Source: Narcine bancroftii
Taxonomy: Eukaryota
DNA: 64,000 nucleotides
Assembly: GCF_036971445.1 (NCBI RefSeq)
Contig: NC_091477.1
Span: 113,584,001-113,648,000 of the forward strand
Direction: 5' to 3'
How positions within the stretch are numbered: the stretch's first letter is position 1; each line of letters starts with the position of its first letter. Position numbers and translations under genes: made by a program. This document shows positions 23,101-34,720 of this stretch, piece by piece. Under the pieces are notes generated by a model that was not told the DNA's origin, did no database searches, and saw nothing but the letters and a program-made list of their open reading frames with translations.

Positions 23101-23271
23101 ATAGGGGGCCTATTTCTGTGCTGACTGAATTAGTTCTGTCGTATAAATATTACACTTTTTTCTTCCTAAATAATTGTGTGAGTTACGGCAGCTTAAGCTA
23201 AAATTGCAATTAAATTCGAAAAACAAATTTCTTGCAGTGTGATCAAATGTATTCACTTTTGTTCCCTGCAG

Positions 23272-23603
23272 ATAAACCTCAAAATTGGGATATATGGTAC
23301 GAGAGCAAGTTTGACGATTGTGGAAGAGAAGCCTGCCTGTCATTTTCAAAGGATGCTTTATGTTCCCGTGTTACGGTCGACCATAACTACTATGCTATCT
23401 GTCAAAACCTGCTCTCCAGGTATGCCATCTGGCGTGGTACATCCGGAGGGCTCCTGCATAACCCTCCTGTTGAAATTGCCAGAACTGGCAGACTGGAAGC
23501 TTTGCTTGAAGAATGTGCCAACCCGAAGAAAGAATATGGTCGATTCCAGGCTGCAAGAGAATTGCGAGATTACCTTGCAAAACTGAACAATAATGTCAGG
23601 TAG
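23272..23603 (+). CDS. DIPK2A: Terminal coding exon of divergent protein kinase domain 2A (C3orf58/DIA1)
   Basis: Peptide DKPQNWDIWYESKFDDC..ACLSFSK..LC...TVDHNYYAICQNLLSR...WRGTSGGLLH.PP...GRLEALLEECANPKK.YGRFQAA.ELR.YLA.LNNNVR* recognised as the DIPK2A C-terminus; acceptor TTTTGTTCCCTGCAG (AG 23270-71), phase 1; stop TAG. Confidence 0.95.
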
Positions 23604-24975
23604 CTCAAAATGGGATCTATTGCTTATTTTTTACATTGCTTTAGATTTGAGATTGCAGTTAGTCAAATGTGGTTCCTGTGCAGAATGTAAATTTACATTG
23701 GAATGAAACCATGCACATAGGACAGGCACCAGGTTAGTAATTCGTGCTTGGAACAACAATGGAAATCTGCAAACCTGTGTGTGTGAGAGCATTATGAGAG
23801 CATTGAGCTTTTATTGACTTGTTCTCCGCCTGTGGGTGAAGATGAGCAAGCCACTGGAGATAATAGACTCTGACAGGGTTATTGATTGCAAATGTGTCAA
23901 AGGGCAATTGACATAACACAACATTACTGTTACAGATTGGGAGGTTGATACTTCTACTGAGAAACCCTTGCTTAATTGAAAGCCTGTTTCAAGGCTTGAA
24001 CCTACTTATGTTGTCTTGCATTTCTATATTTTGAATAAGGAAACGTTAAAAGTTTTTCTTAAAAGCTTACATGTACTGCCATTAAAATGTACAAGATTTT
24101 GATACATTTGTCCATACTACTTTGAAAGTATATGAACATGTATGTAACTTGTGTGTAAACTGAAGCACTGAGAAAAATATGGCATTGCAGTATTTTGTCA
24201 AACCTTAAACCATTCCTTCATCACCATTAAGCAATAATTTAATCGAAATATAATGAGAAAATCGAAAATCATTTTACTTTTAAGTATTACATGAGACATC
24301 TTTGAACTGAAGTAGTGACACAAGATTAATTTAAAAAGGGGTAAGATCATAATTTAAGACTATGTAAGGTTTACTTAAAGCAGAGCCACGTTGACAATTC
24401 TATAAATAAAATGAGAACTCCTTTACAATTGGAAAACATAAAGATGCAGAAGCATCAACTATTTGAGCATAAACCAAAGAGTGAGTTGTTCCAAAATTAC
24501 TGTCATCTTGGCAAAAGAAACCTATTTATTGAAGTAAACAGCAATAGAAACAAAATGAGGACACATTTCAAAGATGTTTGTATTTTGTGGCTTTAATCTC
24601 CATTTGATATCGTGCTTTTGATTCTAAAACTAGCTTGAGTTGGCTTTGTTCTAAGGGACTGAACGCTGCAAAATTGTAAGAGTATAATAGAAAGCAATAG
24701 CTTTTTTTTCCAAATTCTCAGACACTGAAGTAATCCATTTAATGGTACACATGTAGCTTTTATTCTGTACTCGTTAGTGAAGATAAAGTTGACCAGTGGG
24801 TTTTACGAATGAGATTTGAAGATTGTAAAATGATGTCTTCACTTTTTTTGTATGTTTTTTTTTCCATGTTTTATCAAAATTGTCTGACTTACTGTGCCTT
24901 CCATTCAAATTTGTCTTTATTACTTGGTGGATTCATATAATAAAAACTGTTACTTATTAAAACTATTTGTTACTG
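23604..24975 (+). other. DIPK2A: Probable DIPK2A 3' UTR
   Basis: AT-rich, free of recognisable TEs; AATAAA at 24405 and 24939, ATTAAA at 24956; end point inferred. Confidence 0.55.
24939..24961 (+). terminator. Candidate polyadenylation signals AATAAA + ATTAAA
   Basis: Two hexamers 17 nt apart after U-rich tracts and followed by T/GT-rich sequence. Confidence 0.5.
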
Positions 24976-26304
24976 CCCTTTCAACCTGTAATTTTAAAGC
25001 TTTTAACTTCTATTTAACGTGGAGCCTAGTGGCTGTAATATACTCAACCATCACAGAATCTAGGTAGGTAGCAAAGTACATAACGTGAATGTTATCAAAC
25101 AAAATGTGATGCAAGGGTGCATAAAGAGACATTAAGGCTACTGACCAAAAATTTGAAAGGCATGTTCTAAGAATTGACTCAAAAATAGAGGTGCATAAAA
25201 AAAGGTTTAAGAGGATTTTTTTCTGAAGTTTTGGGCTTTGCCATTTGAAGGCCCCGCTTGTACTGATGGAGAATTGAGTTTAGAATAAACAAGATGTTCA
25301 AAATTGAGAATAGAAATGTATTAGATGGTTAGAAGTTGGAGGAAACCAGTATTTTGGTGCATTTGAAAATTTTTTACAAATAAAAGATTGTTTAAGAAAA
25401 ACTAGAATAAATCAAAAACCTTGGCTATTGGACCTACCATGCAAATTAAGGCAGCCAGCAGAACCTTGGGTGACTCATTCATTGAGAGAGGCATTAGGAA
25501 AACGGGCTAGAGGTACACTGGAGTATGACCAGTAGTTGCTAAGACATGGATGATGATATCCCCAGTCTGAGCTGAAGGAGAGGTGGAGCCCGATGACATT
25601 CTACATTTAGTGAAAATGGGTGATACTTGTAAGTGAGTTTAACACCGAACAATTATGATGCTAGGATTGAGAACAGTCTGATTCTATCAAACAATTCCTA
25701 CGGTGAGGGAGGAAACTTGTGGCCAGAGAAAGAAATAAGTGATTTGAACCAAAAGCAGTAGTTTCAGTAACTTCAAATTTGGAGGAAAATTCTCATCTAG
25801 CACCTGATGTTTATCAACCAGATAAAACAGTTTGGATAGAGAATGCATAACTAAAGAATGAAGAGTAATTTTAAAAAGTGCTGGAAACACACTGTTCTGA
25901 AATACCAATTGTTTCTCTTTACCCGACTGCCTGACTAGCATTTTCAGTTTCTGAAAAGTTGGTCTGATTCTAAAACAGCAAGGAAATTGGCCCTCTGGTT
26001 CAACTTGAACATGCCAATGAGGGTGCCTTGCAAAGCTAATCCCATTCCATGCATTTGCCCCATATCCTTCTAAACCTTTCTGCTCTCACAAACCCCACTA
26101 AGCAAGCAATAAAGAAAGAAAAGACAGATTATGGAAGTAAACTACCACAAAATAGAAAAAATAGATAGTAAACAGGAAAAGAGTGGCTAAAATGAACATA
26201 ATAATGGGTAAATCAGTGAGCAATTGTTTTATGTAGATCGTCACAGTAGAAAACATAGGTAACTTGTACAAGAGTGTAAGAATGGGATGGGAAACGAGGA
26301 CCTC

Positions 26305-26495
26305 AGTACATCACTAAAGGTAGACAAGTCCCCTGGCCGTGAGAGAATGAATCTCAGGGCACTGAAAGCAATGGCAGAAGTTATGGTAGATCTGTTTGTG
26401 GTAATTTAACAAAATTCTCTGGACAGGACCCCAGGCAGATTGGAGGACAGAAAATGTCATGCTATGTTTAAAAAAGGATGTAGGCAAAAGGCCAG
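26305..26495 (+). mobile_element. Old CR1 fragment
   Basis: LKVDKSPG..MNLRALK and PADWRTENVMLC-like remnants of the KSPGPD and PEDWR motifs. Confidence 0.6.
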
Positions 26496-26499
26496 TTAA

Positions 26500-27480
26500 C
26501 CCTTTGGACTCTGGCCATTTTTAATCTTTCATAATTGATACTCCAGATCAGGTCCATGGGTAAATTGCAGTATGAACACCAGTTACGGGAATCAGGAATA
26601 TGGAGTATACACAATTGTTGGTCATCTCTGAAAACCGGAGCTGAGAAAATGCTTGAATTTTAAATTGTATTTTAAATAATAATGTTCAGTTAATAAATAC
26701 AATATTAAGGAACATCGAGCAAGTCAGCAGGCATCTTAAAAGCACTTTTTAAACACAACTAGAATTACATTTGGTGTTAAATGTTTTATTTTTGGAACCT
26801 CATCGTGCTCTTTTAGTAAGTCAGACCGCAACTGTCCTTGTTTTCCCCCAATCTGCAATCTTAGCTCATAAACACTGAGCTTGTATGATCTGGGCAAATG
26901 TTATTGCCCCCAGGCAGTAAATTTTGATCCACAATATCTTTTGTTGCTGTTGGATTCTTTTTTCATTCTTGTCCTCAGTTCATTTCAAAGCTTTCATAAA
27001 TGAACTTCGATCTGAAGTGCTAATCGTTTCTCTAGATATCAAAGCTTAGTGTTTCCAGCATTATCTCCTTTTATTCTAAATTCCAATTTCTTTCCCACAG
27101 TAGCTTATTTGCTATTGTTGAAGCAAGATTTTAAAATCAAGTTTTTTTAACCAAAAAAAAAGCCATTTGTCACCAGAATTTTTTTTGTTTTAAGTTTGAT
27201 AAGTTCAATCACTGGATAAAATCTTGATCAGTCTAACCCTTCCATGGAAATAGAGAAGGAACATCTGAGAATGCACCCAGAATGTTGAGTCTCTTCAGAA
27301 GTATGGAGATGTCTTGCAAATGTGGTGGAAGTAGTATACAATCTCCCACCTGCCCTGTCAATCACCTTCTGACCCATCTGCAGCCAAGTGTGGGAATGGC
27401 ATAATGACATCATCAGCCCAGTTCAACCACAAAACTAGAGTGCCCTTTTTGGCCCCGAAGGACTGCCACAGAGAATATCA
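26500..27480. mobile_element. Possible piggyBac-like relic
   Basis: CR1 homology stops abruptly at TTAA|CCCTTT, a typical piggyBac terminus; no matching other end found, so extent is a guess. Confidence 0.3.
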
Positions 27481-30400
27481 CAATTTCTCATGTGATGCAT
27501 TCAGTGTTCAAGTTCAAATCCCAATCAGAACAGCTTACGAAATCACTGTTTAACATTGGCAAAGATGACGTCTAAACACATCTGTCTTGTAATGTTCTTT
27601 TTTTGGGAAATTCTTAAGGCCAATATTTGTCTCTTTAACATTTTGCTGTTTCACCGGGTTATAATCAGATGACAATAAACTTGACTTGGTAGTTTAAAAC
27701 AAAGATCAGAGCCATAAACATGATTTTGGGGCAAAACAGGAATTAATGTTCCGTTTCTGCACTTATACTTGAGATAAATTACAACATAAACATGTTTTCT
27801 AAGTGCAGGAAATTCAATTATTTATTCAATTAAATGCTTTTTCAATTAAAACCCCTGTTAGCCACAATTGAAGCAACTGACAAAAAAATTGTGGAAAATA
27901 AATAGGTAAAAGGTACAGAAATTTAAAACTGGCATATCTTGCTGTTAGTTCATCAATCACACAACATTTAACCAGAAAATTCATCAGTCCCCATAGGTGC
28001 TGGATGCCAGGGATTTTGCTCTATCTGGTTGAAACATCACTAAATTGTTATTTGTGCAAAACCTGTTTGGAGATGGCTGAAATGATGGCACTTCATGTAT
28101 TTTAAGGGTGCCTCATTATTTATTCATCCCTATTTTAAATATGCCACTTAGTGGTCCAGATTAAAACATAGTGCACAGATACCTTTGCACTTTGTGTGAG
28201 AAACTTTTCATGGAAAGCTCATGATTTCGCGTGTTATTTTCCTTTAATGTGGTATTCATTTTATGCCTGTGCAACCCCTGACACATCACCTAATACAGCT
28301 TGCTCTCTGACAATAAAAATGCCAACAGCAGCTGGCAATTTTAAGAAGGTTCTGGAAATCCTCAGCAAGTCAGCTAATACCTGTAGAGAGAGAACTGAAC
28401 AGAATGCAAGTAACTTTTTCACTGAATGCTGCCTTGCTTGCTGAATATTTACAAGGTATTTTATTTTAACATATTTTTCCACTTGAATTGTTAATGTTTC
28501 CAAGACCATACAAGAATGACAGTTGCTTCGAAACTTTTCCTTCACCCCTGAGATGAAGTTCACATTCAGCTGTGTGAAGTTCTGCCAAAGGCAAAAATAT
28601 TTTCCAGTCTTTTTTCTGGTCAGCAATAGAATATACAACAAAGAACTGCAATAAATAGTTAGTCTCATTTAAAGATGGTGGAAAATATCTGTTATGATTA
28701 TATGGAAATGGTATTATTCAGTTGCTCTAAAGAGTTATGCTCTGTTTAAAACTTGAATATATATTAAAGTTTTTATTCCAGACTGAACGTGGTTAAACCC
28801 AAATCCTCGGGGAGCTTGCTACTGATATTGAGAACTGGAATTCCTATACAATAATTAAGAAAAGAGAAACTGAATGCTTAATACTGCATATGTGATGCAT
28901 ATCAGATCCAAAAGTTTAATTTTAAAATGTAATTTTATTCCCCAGTTCCTCGCTGGTGAAGAAAGCTTGAAGCCACAATCTTGCTCCTGTCCCCATCCTA
29001 TTCTGCCAGGTGTTGGGTGCGGCTGTTGTAGCATTGGCCTCAGCCTATTGTATTTTTGTTTTACACTTCTTCAATTTAGAAGCATGCACACTTTTCGGTA
29101 CTCTCACTGCTAATCTATGTGGTAGGTACAATTTTGTGGGTTGACTTTTATCAAACGCTGTTCTCGGATCAGCTCAATTCTCATTCATTGATCTTCCAGA
29201 TTTTAGCATCGTATAAAGCCATCACATTATTGGGGATGAGTGAGACCAGGTCTTTCCCACTAAACTGCTTTTGAAAAAATTTTGATGGCCAACAAAGAAA
29301 GATGTCATACCCATCAAAACTCTGTACATTTCTCATATCGAGTGATACTCAAGAACATTCAAAACTGTTGAATGTGAACAAATCAACCTATTAAAACAAA
29401 AGCCAGAGCACCAAAATGATTTCAAATAAATAAAAGTACAACTAAATTTGATTTTAAAAACTTATAACCTAATGCCTCACTCCCTTGCAAACCATGTTTT
29501 TTTTAATAATGTTGCTATTGCCTCCAGTTCAGTGGGCATGTAAATTCTGGCGAATTGTGTCTACATCCTGGACCACTGAATCCAAGAGGAATCCAAAATC
29601 AGAGCATGCTTTGGAAGCGATCTACTAAAAACAGCCACAGTGTTCACTGCCGTGACCCTGAATAATAGCACTTTAGTTGATTCCCTGCAAAATCCTATCC
29701 TGTTCTATGCACAAGTGATCCCCTGAAGAAGCTAGTCCTTATCTACTTGATATATACAATGAAATTATTAATACAATTCCTGATGGTAGGGGTCAAAACT
29801 AATCATACGCAGAACCCAACAGTAACCTCATTACAGATTACTGCAAGGAAAACGTCTCGATCAAACGTCCCTTGAAAGAAATAAAAAGGTCACAGTAGCT
29901 AGAAATGATCTGGCTTCTAAGACAATATTCCAGAGGCAAAAGTAGTCCTCAATTTTCCTGGGAAGCTTATTTATCCAGACTGGAATACAAACATGGCAGC
30001 ATAGTAATGCAAATTCACCACTATCAGGGGTGATAACAAGGTTCTTGCCAAAGTGCCCTGCTGTCAAAGCCTCTTCAATTATTATGCAGAGCATTAGAAT
30101 GCCCATTGCAATTTAAAGCCCATTCCAGCTGCTCAATCCTTCTGCATGTATAACAGTGAAAAATATTGAGAAGAATGAAGCCACAATCTTGCTCCTGTCC
30201 CCATCCTATTCTGCCAGCTGTTGGGTGCGACACCACATTTTGCTAATTATAGCAAAAACATCCATGAGAAAAAAATAATAGAAACTCGTGATTAAACTAG
30301 AGAAAACAGTTAAACCACATTGACTCATGTCAAGCTGCAGTGAACCTATAATTTAGAGCCTGGATATATATCAGCAACTTTGTTAAAATTTGGAAACAGC

Positions 30401-31017
30401 CACACTACCAGGATGAGGAGTAGCTTCTTCCCGCAGGCAATGAGAACTCTGAACCTCCAAAGGAATTGCTCATGTTAACCATCAGAGACTCTCATATTGA
30501 TGAAGCAATATTTATTTACTTGTATGGATGAAATACTTGTCCTGCACAAATATTGTTGGTCTACACATGTCTGGTTGAACGTCTGTGTGTTTTGTACCGA
30601 GGACCAGAGAACACTGTTTTGTTGGGTTGTACTTGTACAATCAGATGACAATAAATTTGACCTGACGACTTAAAATAGCACAAGTAAGTGCATACAGCAG
30701 AGCTGCTACAGAAGTATTAGGGTGTTTTGTCATGTAACTTGGAAGCAGCACCAATGATTTTATACAATTATTATTCTAAATGTTTGTGATAAGTCGCCTA
30801 CAATCAAATTTAGTTGTGGACTAAGTGAAATATTTTTTGGATTTTGAGGGATCATGGAATATGGATCAGAAAAGGAATGTGTTGCTGAGGTGAGAGATCA
30901 GCTTGAGTCTTATTAAATGGCAGAGCAAACATGAGGGACTATATGGTTACAGTCTTGATGCAACTCTTCTGCTGTGTTGGACGAGTGTTGACCCTTTGCT
31001 CTGAAGGGAAACACTTT

Positions 31018-31260
31018 AAAAATCCGGATGCCAGAAATCCAGACCACCTGAGAATCCAGATTTCTCAAACTCTCGACTGAAATCCGGATCACCTGAGAAG
31101 CCAGACTTCTTGAAAACTTTCTGCTTTTGTATGTACGTGTGCTTGCTTGCAAGCATTGCGTGTGTGCCTGCATTGTGTAAATGCCACAGATGTACTGCCC
31201 GAGAATCTGGAAAATCCAGACCGACCCAATCCCCCAGTCTGAATTTTAGGACTTTTACTG
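31018..31260. mobile_element. Tc1/mariner (Tigger-like) MITE remnant
   Basis: Repeated AATCC(G/A)GA subterminal motifs; right end GGACTTTTACTG|TA. Confidence 0.55.
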
Positions 31261-33483
31261 TATTGACAAAAGCCATTGTGATGAATAATGTTCTGCAGAG
31301 CTGAATTGCAACAATATCTCAGTAATTTAAATGAGTCCATCATGTTGCAAGAATATGTATGCAAATTTGTTTTCTGTGGGCAAGATTTCATAAAATTTTC
31401 AAGATTGGCATGAATAAAGTAAATAATTTGATGCCATTCAGTCCCATTTTCTTGAATGCAATGAAAGCTCTTGTTTGTACTTAGAATATTTCTTTATGCC
31501 ATATGTTATTTGTTCAGTTTTCTTGTGTTCAGTTATGCTACCTATTTTGTATCAACAAAATACCCTCAGCAGACGTATGATCAAAAATTTACTGTGACTT
31601 CATGGATTGTATTTATTCTCCTCTCTCCAGTTTTTTTTTGCTCATATATGCTCTCGAAGGCCTGTGCCTGTGAAGAAGTATGATTTCATCGGGTGATGTA
31701 GGTCACTGAAGCATCGCTCATGGCCAATTTCACAGTCTGGGCTTTGGCAGGGTGATCAACCCATCTGTTCAGGGACACTATAGGTGAGTCTGATCTTATC
31801 CAGAGGCGTGATTTACACTTCTATTGCCAGTTTTTTGAGAGAAAAAAAAGAATGGCCAGCACTTTCCTTTTACAGGTGCCAGGTGACCAGCTGTGCATTT
31901 TTCAAGTTTTCTACTGAAGTTTCCTTCAGGAATGATAAAATTTGTTCTTCGGAGAACATAATAAATTGGAACAGGAGGAGGCATGCGGCCTTTTGAGTCT
32001 GTACTACCATTCAAGAAGTTCATGGCTGATGAGGCCTTGACCAATCCACTTACCTGCCTTTTTCCCCCAGATCCTTTAGTTTCCCCTATTACACAAACAC
32101 CTGTGTCTTAATTTTAATAAGGCAGCATTTACTGTTCCCTGGGGCAAAGAATTTCACAGATTCACTGTTATCTGGGAGAAGCAGTTCCTCCTCTGTCATC
32201 TGCTCCCCTGAATCTTGAGGCTACATCCCCCAGTTCTAGTTAAGAGGTCTCTCAGAACCGAAGGTGTCTTCCATGCAGGCCCTCTGGGTCCTAAGGATAG
32301 TGATTGAGACCATTGTGGGATCAGGCAACTTTACCACAGGTGGCGTAGGAGGTTAGGGTTAAGTTAGAGAAAGGTGAGCAGTTTGCAAGTCATTATGCTC
32401 CTCCTGCCGTTAGTGTTGAACTTCTGATAGGTTGTCAGACCTATCCTCCTCTGTAGGTCATTGGACAGAGATTTCAGGTAGTCAGGGGGTTTGTGTATTT
32501 TTTTGGAAGAATCTACAAGAATAGCCTGCAATCTTTTCCAGTAATTTTTTCACATGACAAAACCCACAATTGAGCATCTGTTTCAAGATTCTGATCTTGA
32601 TTGGTCATATGAACAATGTGACCAGCCCATTGGTTATTAACCACCAATCAAAATAAAGGAACCTGCTTTCAATACCCAGTGACATTGAAATCTACTGTAG
32701 CCAAAGCTGCTGTGAACGATGCGATCAGAATTTAATTTATTTAAGTGAAGTAACTGCAAAGTAGAACTTAAATCTGTGGTTTGCACAGACAGTTTGTTTA
32801 CATGTATATGTTGAGTCAAGTTTTTTGAACTACCAGTAAGTGGTCATTTTGCCTCGCCTGCAGGAAAAAGAATCTCAAGCTTGCATATGATGTCATGTAC
32901 GTACCCTGACAATAAATCTGAATCTGATATCTAAATAGGAACTATGTAGAAGATAAAAACAAGTGGAACCTCATAGCTCCAGCATAGTACACAAAAGGTT
33001 ACGCAGAATCTGTAGGAAGTAAAAGGGAGTCAACATTTCATGCCTGAAGCCTTACTCAGGAATGCCTTTTGCTTCCTATGAATGCTGCGTGAGCTGCTGA
33101 GTTTCTCCAGCACTTTAGACCCCAGCATCTGCAGATTTTCTTGTTCAACCCTCAGCTCCAGCAACCCAGATTCATTCCTGCCTGTGTGGAGTTTGCATAT
33201 TCTACATGTCACTATGTGATTTCCTCCTGGTGCTCGGCTTTCCTTCCGCATCAAAGAGTTTTGCGGATTGATTCGTTAAGTTGGATCCTAGTGTATAGGA
33301 GACTGGTAGAATAGAGGGAAATAAAAATATATTTTAGGATGGGAGGAGTTTAAATGGGTGCTCGATGGCCATCTTAAAATGTGGTTAAATTTATGTCTGC
33401 TGATGACCATCATAAATTTATAAAAACAACTCAGATTTCTAAATATTACTCTAAATCTTCAGATTCACTGAATCAGATTTCTA

Positions 33484-33740
33484 GGGGTAGCACGGTTGGC
33501 GTGGCAGTTAGAGCAACACCTTTACAGCACCAGCGATTAAGACTGGGGTTCGGGTCCCGCGCTGTCTGTAAGGAGTTTCTACGTTCTCCATGTGTCAGCG
33601 TGGGCTTTCTGTGGGGACTCCAGTTTTCTCCAATCATTCAAAGCGTTCTAGGGATGTAAGTTAATTGGGTGTAAATTGGGTGGCATGGACTCGTGGGCCA
33701 AAATGGTCTGTTACCATGCTGTACGTCTTTTAAAAAAAAA
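33484..33740 (+). mobile_element. V-SINE (HE1-like)
   Basis: GGGGTAGCACGGTTGGCGTGGCAGTTAG head, B-box-like GGTTCGGGTCC, V domain and tail; homologous to 13920-14175. Confidence 0.85.
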
Positions 33741-34048
33741 CATTAGTCTACTTTGTTAACCTTATTAAAACATAATTTGTGTTTTAAAACACTTTGTTTC
33801 AAAACTTGACTAGAAGCTGCCTAGTTTTAATGTCAGTCCTGCATTATAATTTGTACTAAAATGATGGCCCTGAATGCCTTTATTGGCAGACGGCCTGAGG
33901 CTGATAATTCTAACAGTGGGGTAATCTGTTTTATGGATGTGTTCCATTGTCAGCTTTACTCCAACATCTGGTTCTGAGTAGGCTTTTGAGTTTTTCTGGA
34001 ATTTGAAGGCAGTAGGTCTATTTCTCAAATGAGCAGAGTTCTCTTATA

Positions 34049-34720
34049 CAGTAAAACCCATGGAATCTGGCACCTATGGGGATTGGTAGATGCCAGATAA
34101 GTGTATTTTTTGGTTGCGTGAGACACTCTTACTAATACACCTAGTTAAGAATAAACTGTTTAAAAGACGAAAATACTATACTGTAAGTATACTGAGCAAA
34201 CTTGACTTGCATGAATATATAAACCTTAAAGCATTTTACTTTATCTTCAGTCACATTCTTTGAAAACATTTAACCATTACTACATCTGCACGAAGCAGCC
34301 CGAAAGACAAACAATAACGTTATAGATTGTTAACCCCGCCCCCCCATACCCTTCCCCAGGTTTATAGATAAAGCCTCTGACCCGGGGCGACTTACTAAGC
34401 AGGGATAAGGAGACAATTTAAAGAGTCACCCCAATGGCGAACGACGTCAACCAGTTCTTCATCCTGAGCGACGCCATTTCTGTTTCACACAACTTTATTC
34501 AAACAGCTGGTCTGAGCAAACCATGAATATTTGCTCCCATCTTCACCAAATGTTTCTGTGTTACTTCAGAGAACATTTACAATTTTAAGCTTGCGTATTT
34601 TTAACCTATTATTGTATTCATATGTATTTTAATGTTTTTACTTATTTCCCTCAATTTTTTTTTTTGCTGGTAGCTTGAGGCTGCCAGTTGCTTGAATTCT
34701 GGATACCAGGAGTTTTACAG
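34049..34720. mobile_element. Tigger/pogo-like MITE
   Basis: TA|CAGTAAAACCCATGGAATC ... GATACCAGGAGTTTTACAG; interior homologous to 50221-50731. Confidence 0.85.

Noticed and set aside
23232-23271. N-terminal MQCDQMYSLLFPA of the 123-aa ORF
   Set aside because: It is intron sequence (polypyrimidine tract and AG acceptor); DIPK2A similarity starts at 23272.
33484-33560. tRNA gene
   Set aside because: A/B-box-like head runs into the V-SINE body; no cloverleaf or Pol III terminator.
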